Assembly: GCA_949481375.1 (NCBI GenBank)
Contig: CASYCI010000001.1
Location: 64,001-128,000, forward strand
Length of the DNA stretch: 64,000 nucleotides
Origin: an uncultured Lachnospiraceae bacterium
Lineage (GTDB): Bacteria; Bacillota; Clostridia; Lachnospirales; Lachnospiraceae
Reading direction: 5' to 3'
Shown: in pieces, positions 9,101 through 18,600 of the stretch
Layout of the letters: each line of letters opens with the position of its first letter
How positions within the stretch are numbered: position 1 is the stretch's first letter
The notes under the pieces: generated by a model
Databases searched by the model: none
The model's input: the letters and a program-made list of their open reading frames with translations, nothing else
What the model was told of the DNA's origin: nothing
Translations under genes and position numbers: made by a program

Positions 9101-10197
9101 CGAACCATGCCCTTATCTATCTGTGAATTAGGCATTCCCGCAAGCGTTTCCACTGCCGTTTTGAAATAGTTCAATTTATCCGGATTGTCGATTGCATCTT
9201 TTATATCTGCCGGCATCGCAGACGCATCCAACGGGCTGGCTTCCCCTAGCTGCGCGGAAATCCCTGCAACAGCGGCGGAAAGCTGCGCAAACATATCGTT
9301 TATGCTGTTATATGTACTTTCTATTTTATTCTCTTTATATGCCTTTTTCTCACCTTCTAAAGCGCTTTTACTTGCTTTTAGGCTGGTAAGCTGGGATTCA
9401 TACGCCGCCCTCGAAGCAACCGCTTCATTTAATTTTAATGTCGCATCCGCAAGTTCCGTCGTTGTCGAATTTTGCTGATTTGACAAATCCTGCTCTTGTT
9501 TATTGATTTTTGACTTTGCGTCCGCCAATGAATTTTCCGCTTCGGAAAGCTCTGACTGCGCCTCTGAAAGCTTGTCATTTGTCTTTACCAATATTTGATC
9601 ATTTATTTTATCAATTTTTTCCTGATTCAGCCGAACTTCCACCGACTTTTCCACTATGCCGATTTCCGATATGCTCGCCACGCCCGCCTGCCGTTCAAAA
9701 TACGGAATCACCACTTCTTCCGTAAAGCCAGACAACTCATAAATGTCTTTCCCTTCATAACTGACGCTGGCGTACATCGTCGCCATCATATCCATGCTAA
9801 TCTCTAAAATATTCGGCGCGCCGCATGTCTCCGGCAGCGCCGATTCTATTTGGTTAATCGCCGAGGAAACTTTTACCATCGCAGAATCCATGCTCGTGTC
9901 TTCTTCAAACTCCAGCATAACCATACTGTAATTTTCAGAACTGGAACTTGTCACGTCTTCTACGCCGTTTATCGTCCCCAATGCTCCCTCCATTGGTTTT
10001 GTAACGCTTTCCTCCACTTTTTCCGGGCTTGCCCCCGGATAAGTCGTAATCACCATCATGTACGGCATACTCATGTCCGGCAGTAAATCCGTTTTCATTC
10101 CTGTAAGTGAAACCAATCCAATTACCAATACAATAATCACTGCGACTAATACCGTAAATGGCTTTTTCACGCTATACTTAATCATCTCATCCTCCAT
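6187..10197 (-). CDS. RND superfamily efflux transporter permease (AcrB/HAE-like) with a ~290-aa coiled-coil insertion in the first extracytoplasmic loop
   Basis: 1336 aa. 12-TM RND topology with conserved TM4/TM10 regions. Residues ~195-490 are low-complexity heptad-like sequence (KLSEAQSELSEAENSLADAKSKINKQEQDL...). No adjacent membrane-fusion protein gene. Confidence 0.85.
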   Translation of the reverse strand: MEDEMIKYSVKKPFTVLVAVIIVLVIGLVSLTGMKTDLLPDMSMPYMMVITTYPGASPEKVEESVTKPMEGALGTINGVEDVTSSSSENYSMVMLEFEEDTSMDSAMVKVSSAINQIESALPETCGAPNILEISMDMMATMYASVSYEGKDIYELSGFTEEVVIPYFERQAGVASISEIGIVEKSVEVRLNQEKIDKINDQILVKTNDKLSEAQSELSEAENSLADAKSKINKQEQDLSNQQNSTTTELADATLKLNEAVASRAAYESQLTSLKASKSALEGEKKAYKENKIESTYNSINDMFAQLSAAVAGISAQLGEASPLDASAMPADIKDAIDNPDKLNYFKTAVETLAGMPNSQIDKGMVRQAKELDKKTLKQLYDIVNVRLPQIETELANLEVEIKVAEEVLKQVETQMASIDEAYKQAEQGKISAAAGFGSGGAQIAAAKTAMEEAQEELENANKTYQDSVAEARKNANINQMLTLEALSGMIYAQNFSMPAGYIDDENEKQWLLKVGENYTSAEELEKMTLCEIDGIGDVHLNDVADITTIDNAGETYAKVNQDAGVILSIFKGSTAGTSDVSEACLNAIEELKEDYPKLNITPLVNQGEYISMLIQSIVSSMVIGALLAIFILAVFLMDIRPTIVVAFSIPFSVLTAIVIMYFAGISINMMSLSGLSLAVGMLVDNSIVVIENIYRLRYRGLSSPRSAVQGAKQVAGAIIASTLTTICVFFPMVFTTGMVRDLLLPFALTITFALTASLAVALTVVPTMGAAMLRKAKPKQHRIFDKIQEGYAAALKFCLRFKIVPLGISVGLLAICIAAVMKMGIVLIPDMGSDQISVTVTIPEEDTKETAYQKADDVMEAILGIEGVGYVGAMDGSSSAGLMGGMTGGSSDNFSNFSYFVLPAEEYNSKSQVEGICDAILEHTKEFECEVAVSNSMMGEMDQMLGSGLQLDIGGSDLDQLLLVSEEIMEMLEGVEGFSNISNGQEEADEEIHLNIDKDASMRLGLTGAQIYGDISDRLTTDKTAVTLTVDDTDMDVKIVDETNLLTKENLMDMEFETQKTDDDGKTVTETHKLSEFATLEYGNSVAGINRANGQRQMSVTAETKEGYNTTILSREVEELLAEYELPEGYSVEFGGETSNTNDMMNQMSKLLLLGFLLIYLVMVAQFQSLLSPFIVIFTVPLAFTGGLLAMLFTGEQMSLITLMGFLVLMGTVVNNGIVFVDYTNQLRIGGMERKDALAATGKTRMRPILMTAFTTILAMLAMVFSQDTASELGRGMALVVAGGLFYATFMTMFIVPVMYDILYRKEVIVVDVGDDSMDDAPDDAAEFIEQMERGN

Positions 10198-10324
10198 CGC
10201 AACGCTGTTTTCTTTCTCCTAAGAAACGCTTGTATTTTATCACAAATTCACTTCCACGAAAATGAAATTAAGGAATTTTAATAGTTTTTTCAGATTTACG
10301 GCCTCCAGACATTCAGCCGGTTTC

Positions 10325-11812
10325 TTATTTCTTTATTCCAATTATATACAGATAAAAACCTTCTTTTTCAAAAATAAGATACTCCTGATATAACCGAAAA
10401 CACGGATTCAGACGGAGCTGTTTTTTCACAAATCCGTTTTCATTTGAATATAAAACCATAATGCCGTTTTGCGCCAAGAGTTCCTGAGATTTCTCAAAAA
10501 ATCCCTCATAAAACGCATCCTGTTCTTCTTTACTCCTCTTTCCCCTAAGCGGCAGATTGGCAATAATTTCATCAAATGGATAGTTATGCCGGAATACCAG
10601 ATAATCTTTATGGATAAAATTCACGTCCATTCCCGCCGCCAGAGCATTCTCTTTGCCCTTTTCAACTGCCTCCCCAAAAATATCAATCGCATATGCCTCC
10701 CTGACAGGCATTATCTTATGCCGCTCCACCAACATCGTCCCAACGCCGCAGCAAGGGTCTAAAATCTGCGCATTTGGTTTCAAATATGGTCTAGCAAGTT
10801 CTAAAAGCAATGCGGCAAGCGACGGATGGATAGAAGCGGAAATTGTTTGTTTACGATAAGAAAAACGCTCCATCGGGATAGAAAGCATTTTTAGAAACGC
10901 GCGGATTTTCCCATTTTTATTGATATACAAGCGGATCTCAAATTCATAATCCTCCGGCATATTTACCATTCTGCGGTTTGTCTTTTCCTCTAAGACTGCC
11001 GCCGCCCGTCTCAGATAACGGCTCCTTTCTTCCAAAGTCAGGCGGCTTTTAAAATCCAGACGGAAGAAAAAAGCCTCTCCTTTCTCATGGCTTCGTTCCA
11101 GTAACTGAAGCAGTTTGGAATCCGCCAGCGCTTCCCCAAGAGCTTTTGGCCCGTCTTCTATGCCAATATCCCGTCCTAAAGCAACCAAAAACAACAATTC
11201 ACGGTATGTCCTAAGTTTGGTTATCTCCCGCAATGAATCCACAATCGCCTGTACGCCAAGCGGAGTGACCCCTTTTTTGTACGCCTGTATCTTATCCGCC
11301 GTCAATTTCGCATAATTGGAAGGAGTTGTCAAAAGAACGGCATATTTTTGATTCCAACCAGAAAATATATGCCGCCCGCTTTCTCCATCTTTTCGTAATA
11401 TCCGTTCCAGAGCATGGAGTTCTTCCCGAATATGCTTTTTTTCCTCCTCCTTTACTTCCTTACTGCGTAAATAATCATATCTCTTTAAAAGTTCTTCCAT
11501 ATATGGGTATGGATTCGTCTTATCCAAAGCCCAAAGCAACGCGCTTTTTACAAATAATTTTTCTTCTCTCTGATATGCGCGGTATAGTTCTTCTGCCGCT
11601 TCTTCCATTTCCAAATCGCCAAGCAGGGCGGCGGCATTTTTTCTTACTTTCGCATCTTCATGCAGAAGAAATGGCCCTAACGCTTCCCCATTTCCAAAAA
11701 ATTCTAACGCTTCCCAGTATAATTCTTCTTCCTTAATTGCCGCCCGTATTTCACTTAACGCTTTGCGTGTTTCTTCTTGACGCAGCGCCTTATGAAAAAG
11801 CTTTTCTATCAT
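10325..11812 (-). CDS. class I SAM-dependent RNA methyltransferase with THUMP domain (RlmKL/YpsC-like) and N-terminal HEAT-like repeats
   Basis: SAM motif ILDPCCGVGTMLVE. THUMP-like central region. The N-terminal EDAKVRKNAAALLGDL repeats are HEAT/PBS-lyase-like. Start assigned to ATG at 11812 (MIEKLF), which has GAGGAG 8 nt upstream; the ORF track extends to 11839. Confidence 0.75.
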   Translation of the reverse strand: MIEKLFHKALRQEETRKALSEIRAAIKEEELYWEALEFFGNGEALGPFLLHEDAKVRKNAAALLGDLEMEEAAEELYRAYQREEKLFVKSALLWALDKTNPYPYMEELLKRYDYLRSKEVKEEEKKHIREELHALERILRKDGESGRHIFSGWNQKYAVLLTTPSNYAKLTADKIQAYKKGVTPLGVQAIVDSLREITKLRTYRELLFLVALGRDIGIEDGPKALGEALADSKLLQLLERSHEKGEAFFFRLDFKSRLTLEERSRYLRRAAAVLEEKTNRRMVNMPEDYEFEIRLYINKNGKIRAFLKMLSIPMERFSYRKQTISASIHPSLAALLLELARPYLKPNAQILDPCCGVGTMLVERHKIMPVREAYAIDIFGEAVEKGKENALAAGMDVNFIHKDYLVFRHNYPFDEIIANLPLRGKRSKEEQDAFYEGFFEKSQELLAQNGIMVLYSNENGFVKKQLRLNPCFRLYQEYLIFEKEGFYLYIIGIKK

Positions 11813-11816
11813 ATTT

Positions 11817-12572
11817 TTACTCCTCTGTCGTTTCCTCAATCGCTCCGTTATGTTCTATATAATTTCTGACGTCCATTTTCAATGCTTCCCATGCGGATTC
11901 ATACTCCACATAATATTTTGGGCAGTTTTTCCCCGTAACGTCATAATGACGGATAATGTCATCTGTTTCCAAATCATATTTTCCCGCCAGCCATGCCAGT
12001 AAATGGATTAATGTATCGTATGTCGCATCAGCAAATTTTCCTGATTCGTCCGGAATACAGCACTCAATAGAGATGGTATCCGCATTTCTCTCATTTGAAG
12101 CATATGCAATTTCATCACAGGGAATGCACAGAATCACTTCCCCCTCTATTCCTATTACAAAATGACTGCTGACGGACGTTTCACCTGACAAACTCAATCC
12201 CTCAAAATAATCTCTGTTTTGCTGCGCTGTTGTGGAAGGGTTTGCCGTATAATGCACAACAACCCCGTTCACTTTTTCTAACGGAATCCCCGGCCTTGAA
12301 TAAGGATTAACCGTTAAATACTGTATGTCGTAATCCGGCGGCGTTTTTACAATTTTTTTTGGCAATTCTGATTTTACTGAAACAGGCTTTCCATTTCTGC
12401 CTTTTATGAATTTCACAGATTGCCAGCCTATGATTCCTATTATAATAATGATTATAAGTGACATTAGTATCTGAAAAGCCGCTTTCCTCTGCCGTTTCTT
12501 TCTTTTCAAAGCCCGCCGCTTCGCCAGATATGTTTCATACTCTATTTGCTTTTCTCTTTCCGTTCGTTCCAT
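11817..12572 (-). CDS. membrane-anchored N-acetylmuramoyl-L-alanine amidase (amidase_2 / PGRP domain)
   Basis: N-terminal Lys/Arg-rich segment followed by a TM (LMSLIIIIIIGIIGW). C-terminal amidase_2-like region (VVVHYTANP...HFVIG...RHYDVTGKNCP). Confidence 0.75.
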   Translation of the reverse strand: MERTEREKQIEYETYLAKRRALKRKKRQRKAAFQILMSLIIIIIIGIIGWQSVKFIKGRNGKPVSVKSELPKKIVKTPPDYDIQYLTVNPYSRPGIPLEKVNGVVVHYTANPSTTAQQNRDYFEGLSLSGETSVSSHFVIGIEGEVILCIPCDEIAYASNERNADTISIECCIPDESGKFADATYDTLIHLLAWLAGKYDLETDDIIRHYDVTGKNCPKYYVEYESAWEALKMDVRNYIEHNGAIEETTEE

Positions 12573-12591
12573 TCTTATTCTCTACTTGAAA

Positions 12592-12613
12592 GAGGCATAC
12601 AAACGTATGCCCC
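12592..12613 (-). terminator. possible hairpin terminator after the large glycoside hydrolase gene
   Basis: GAGGCATAC-AAAC-GTATGCCCC, with a weak T-run on the minus strand. Confidence 0.35.
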
Positions 12614-12643
12614 TTTCTAATGATAACTTTGTGATTTTGCCTT

Positions 12644-15600
12644 TTACTTTATTTTTGCTTTCTTATTCACGCCTGCTTTTATCAACTTTTGTTTTAATTT
12701 TTTAGCGGCGCTGCCCTTCAGTTTCGGAAGTTTCACTTTTGCTTTTGCAGTGACGCCTTTAAATGCTTTCTTCCCAATCGAAGTAAGTTTCTTTGACTTA
12801 ATCACAATATTCTTAATTTTTTTACAACCTGAGAAACTCTGCGCATCTATTGATTTCACATTTGCGCCGATTGTAAGCTTTGTGATGGATTTACATCCTG
12901 AAAAAGCGGCTTTTCCAATCTTCTCAACATTTGCGCCAATTGTGACAGTCGTTAATTTCGTGTACTTTTTAAAGCCGTTGGCTTTAATTTGAGTTACTTT
13001 ACATTCTATGCCCTTCACTTCTACTGTCGACAGAATGTTGGCTTTTTTCATATTCTTTTTTAAGCCTGCCGCTTCAACTGTACATTTCTCCGGATCGATT
13101 ACTGTATAACGAATGTCTTTTACATCTGTATAATCTGACTTGCTTAATTTCTTCGTTTGTGTAGATCCTGTACCAGAGGACGATGCCGGCGGTTGAATTT
13201 TTAATTTTATCCTTGCGTTATATAGATCAGTTCTTAGCTTCTTCAACTTGTTTACATCAGTTGAATTTTTACCTGCAACTGCAGCATCGTAAGCTTTTTT
13301 AAATGGAGTCCATGTTGCAGATGTATATTTCTTAGCTCCTGCGCTATATTTAGTTTTGGAAGCGTTTATTTCATTCTGCAAGGCATTCTTTGCAGATTGG
13401 ATTGCCGCCGCTTTATCGTTTTCTGCCTGCTGGGCATTTGTAATTAAGCCTGCCATTGCTTTCTTTAAAGCATTATCCAGCTTCTGCACTTCTGCCTTGT
13501 CATCTGACTCATTCCCTTTCAAGGCTGCATTGTAGGCATCTTGGAATGCTTTCCAACTTGCGTTTGTATACTCTCCCTGACCTGCTTCAATTTTTTCTCC
13601 TGCAGATTCGATTGTCTTTGCCAAAGCTTCTTCTGCTTCTATCAGGTCATCAGATTTCTCTGCTAAACCTTTCATCGCATCGTCCAAAGCTTTTGTCAAT
13701 GCTTTCAACGTTTCTTTATCCTCAGAATTTTTCCCTTCTTTTGCATCCTCGTATGCTTTGACTAATTTCTTCCAGCTTGTCGTCGTATAATTTCCCTGAC
13801 CCTCGCTAATCTTCTTTGATGCAGAGTCCATAGATTGTTTCAATTCTTGCTGCGCCTGCTCAAATTCAATCTGTTCTGGAGTTTTTTCTTTCAATCCTTC
13901 CAAAGCTTTTTCTAACATCTGCCTGCCTTTTACCAAAACTTTTGGATCTTGGGAATCTTTTATTACATCTACATCTTCATAAACCTTCTTAAATGACTCC
14001 CAGCTCGCATCTGTATAATTGCCTTGGCCCGCATTATATATGTTCTTTGCTTCATCAAAGACCTTTTCAAATTCCGTTCTTGCCTTATCCAATGAAACCG
14101 TTAAATTAGAGATCGCCAAAACAAGATCCTGCTGCAATTCTAATAATTGCTGTGGCGTAGCGTCTGCCGGTCGATCCTTTGCAGCGTTTAGAGCCGCTTC
14201 AAACACAGCCCAGCTTTCTTCTGAATAATCTCCTCGTCCGGCCTTCTCTACAGCGTCTGCATTTTCCAGCGTTGCTTCCAGAGCTTCTGTTATTTTATTT
14301 GACCAGCTACTGCCATTCTCTTCAAAATAACCTTGTTCTTCATCTGTATTATTTGTGCCTGCTTTATCCAATTCCAGTTCTGCAATCGATGCGAAAGTTC
14401 CTTCACCTTCAAGTACCTGAATCTGTAAATACTTACCAGCAGTTCCTGCCGGAAGCACACAAACTTCTCTTTCTCCCTGACCTGTCTTTTTCGCAGTAAT
14501 AACATCCGTAGTATATACATTCCCTGAAACAGTATGAGTTGTTTCGTCAAACTCATCCCCAACGACACATTTATATTTTTTAACTAAACCATTAACATTA
14601 CCAGTTCTCTGTTGTATCGTAACTCTGTTGTAATTTGAAATATTGTCTCCATCTGCAATTTTTACTGTTAAAAGAGCCGGATTCGTTTCCGATACGACAA
14701 ATGCAGGCGACGCCCACTGCGAATGCCATTGAGTGCCTGACTCTCCATCAATCGCTTTCTCCTTAGTGTCATTATCAGTCGCAGATTCTGTATTTGCATA
14801 AACCCCTGCCCATTCTGCCTTCTTCTGCTCCTCTGATGGAAGTTCAAAAATCTCTGGGAAAGAAACCGCCCACGGCAATTCAATTTCTTGCACTCCTACC
14901 ATAGTTCTCATCGTAATAGTCGCATTCCCAAAACCTACAAAATATGCGTGACATATCTTGCTGTCTTCCGGGTCCGGAACGACCTTTACAACGTTTTCAT
15001 CAGAAGAAGTCCATGTAACCAGATTAGATTCATCTAATTCATCGGAAAACTCTGCTGTCAATGTAATCGGATCTTTGGCTGACGTTACAGTCGAAGCGGA
15101 AGCGGAAATCTTTACGCCAACTTTCTTCACTTCCAGATTATCTAAAACAAAATCCACTAAACCATATGCTTTAATATTATCATTTTCATCTTTTGACAGA
15201 GATGCCGCCGCGCTTGCTAAACCAAACCATGACTGCCCACTGTCAGCGCCTACCATCCTAAATTCATAAGTCTTTGTTTCAGATGGCCCGCCTAACGGAT
15301 TCTCTGCTGTATTCTCCATATAATCTAAAGTCTGAATCACTTCGTCGCCTTCGCCAATGACAATATAATATTGACCTCTTTGACCTGACTGATAGTCAAA
15401 ACTGATATTATACGTCTGACCTGCTTCAAAATGGAGATTCTGCGGAATCGTCCGGTAAATGATTCCTGTATTGTTTCCATGATGTTTTAACGACCATTTT
15501 CCTTCCAAAACGTCATCTAAGGATTCTTTGCCGCCCCAGCCTGACTGTGTATATGGAGCATGAAGCTCAGACAAATGAGTTACATGGTCTGTAACTCCCT

Positions 15601-18600
15601 GCGCCGGTCCTAATACAAATGGATACATTCCCGATACAACAGATTCAAAATCCTGTTTAAAGCTCCCGTCCGCCTGAATATTATTGATTTTTTTATCTAC
15701 GATACGAATATCGTCAAAATATGTGATATCCTCGCCTGCCTCACGTTCTAAAGTCAATGTCGCTGTGGAAGAGTCCGCAGTAAAAGGAACCTGCATAATT
15801 TGCATCCTGCTTCCAGATACCGCTCTCCTGCTATGTGCGTCACACTGTACATAATTTTCCGCAAGAGATCTCAGTGTATAGTTAGAAACGTCCTCGCTTC
15901 CTCCCGTTACCTTAATCCATGCTTTTGCGTCACTCTTATTTTCCACATAAACCTGAGCTACATAATCCGTCCCCGGCTCTAAGTCTGAGATTGTTGTAGA
16001 TACGGATTGTGTTTCTGTCTCACTGCCCATCTGAAGATATTTATTTCCCGTAGATCCGATGCGCACGACCTTCACATCGTTTATGTCACCGCTCCAAATT
16101 TCTTTATCTAAAGGATTTCCCTGTTCTTCATATTTGAACTTATCCGCAGCATCTGCGCCCATCTCGTATTTGCATACCGGACACACGAATTTTGATCCCA
16201 TATAATAATTATACTTTGTTTTTGTAGTTTTATCTTCTTTCTTACATTCTGGGCACTCTGGGCCTTCCTCACCTAAATCAACGTTTACGCCGCTGTAATT
16301 ATTAAATCCGGAATCCACTACATGCGCATGCTCACTCCATGGCTCTTTGATTTCCTTCTTTTCTGAGGTTTCATCTTTTACAACAATATACGGCATCTTT
16401 GCATCCGCATCTAACGTAATGCTGCCATTTGTAACCGGAACTGTCTTCTTAGCTGTTCTTCCTACATCTGTCAAAGCGTAAACCGTAACACTCCCAAGGT
16501 TTTTCCAGCTATCCTGCAATTCCCATGTAGTTGCGCCGCCTTCATAGTTGAAGTGGTATAATTTTTCTTCATCCGTTTCCCAATCTGTCCATGGAAGCAG
16601 ATAAGTTGCATTATCCAGCACTTTTTTGCCGTTTAATTTGATTGTCCGCTCTACATAATCCAAACTCTGGTTGCCGCTTACGCTTGTAATCTGATCTTCA
16701 TTTCTCGTTACAACCACTTTCTCTGTTTTATCATCATTTACTAACGTAATTTCTTTTTCATGGTTTCCAACAGGGGAGCCGCCATCTTCATAATTTTCCC
16801 ATTTATACACTTTATAATGCTGTAAAAATTTAGTTGGAAGGTTTACTAAAAATGTCTTAATGATATAGTCGTTAAAACTGTCATTACTGCCGCCCCAGCC
16901 TTCAAATCCGCCAAGGTCAAATCCGCCGAGCAGAGGATTATCCGCTGTGCCGCCATAGCTTGGATAGTTCAATACAAAAGAATCTTTCTGATGGTTCCGG
17001 ATAAAACGGATCACATCACTGTTTAACCCTTTCTTCGCGGAACCGCCATAATGGCCTTCTGTTGCCCAGTGCTGCCATGTCGAGTCATATTCCCCTTCAT
17101 CGCCAAACTCTGTAGAAAATCTCCAGCCCAGACTGTTAAACTGCTGCGCAATTTTACGCGTCTCCCATGAAGCCCCGTACCATACGTCAAGATACATAAA
17201 ATCAAGATTTTCCGTCGTTGTCTTTTTCTTCTCTGCAACTGTGCGCGCAATCGTCTCTGCGTCCGCCACAGTCTCGTCTTCACCTTGGCCAGCAACGCCC
17301 GGCCATTTATTTGCATAGAGCGAAGTGTCATTTAACTGATCATAAAGCTGTAATAAACGTTTGTAACGAAGGCCGCTGCCCAAGTCATATGCGCGGTTAA
17401 TGTTATAAGACTGATCTAACCAGCCCCAGCCGCGGGAATTAACGCCATTTACCAAATCATTAGAAAATGTCTGCGCTTCCGGATAACATTCCTGCGCATT
17501 AATATGAATACCCATCTGGACATTATAATTATGCGCAATCGTATTCAACTGCTTCAATTCTTCCAAACCGCCAAGACGATCCGCAATATATCCATACTCG
17601 GAGTTCGCAGAATCATGGCCTTCACTTCCGTATCCTTTCATCATAACTGCCTGCGGAAGCCCGTCCGTTGCAAGATATACTTTTTTAATATTGTCAGCCG
17701 TCTTTAAATATGGATTTGTCGCCTGACTGTTAAAGTTCATGGAAATACGGTAATTCACAAGATCTTTTGTGTTTTCCGATCCATACGGGTTATTCATAAT
17801 ATCCCTGTATGCAATCGCGCCGTCCTGCCAGTCTACAACGCTATCCTCATTCTCATCAGCGGCAAAACATACCTTTGCGCAAGGCAGTTCACTAATAGGA
17901 ACGCCGCCCGCTACGCCCGCTACAGAATCATAATCCGAAAATGTCAGGGTTTTATTTTTTGTAGCGTCCGTATAATCTGTATAACTGAAAGTCGCGTCAT
18001 TATTATAATCATAATACCATGCCGCGCTTGTCAGAGACATACTGTCCACGCCGTTATTACGCACAAGACGGTTGTCACTTACCATCTCAGAATTACTCCA
18101 TACGCCTGCGCTAATCCCGTCAGCAGACAAAAAACCATATGCGTAACCGCCGGAATTGTTCGCAACAAACCCATCTTCAAAGGTAATCTCCCTGTCGCCG
18201 ATCGCATTTGTATCGCCGGAAATTACCGCGCCCATAAACTGGGTATCCACCTGTAAGTCTGTAATCGTCACAAGATTTAATTCCGGCACGTCGATCGTAT
18301 TAATTTTCACACAGCCGCTATTCTTTGTGATATTTGTCACTTCCCAGATTAAATCATTCTCGGAAACTGAAATCTTCACTGTCATGTCAAAATCAATCTG
18401 CGCTTCTGCGTCTTTTAGATTCATCACATAAACTGCATGATCCTCTTCTTTTTCAAAACTTTTTAAGGTTGGCTCTATGTCCTTTAAATTGACCTGCGGA
18501 ACCGATTTATCCTCTCCATAAGCAGGATTATAGGCCCCAATTCTCATTTCCGTTAATTTGGTTTCCTGTCCGGCAAATATTTTCTTTGCGCCGTCTTCAC

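Noticed and set aside
6872-10086. Multiple 60-160 aa plus-strand ORFs inside the RND gene (and similar ORFs antisense to the GH, hemB, uxaC, fab, PPK2 and MCP genes)
   Set aside because: They are wholly embedded antisense to long, well-supported CDSs. They have low-complexity or Ser/Pro/Arg-rich translations and no RBSs. These are typical shadow ORFs.
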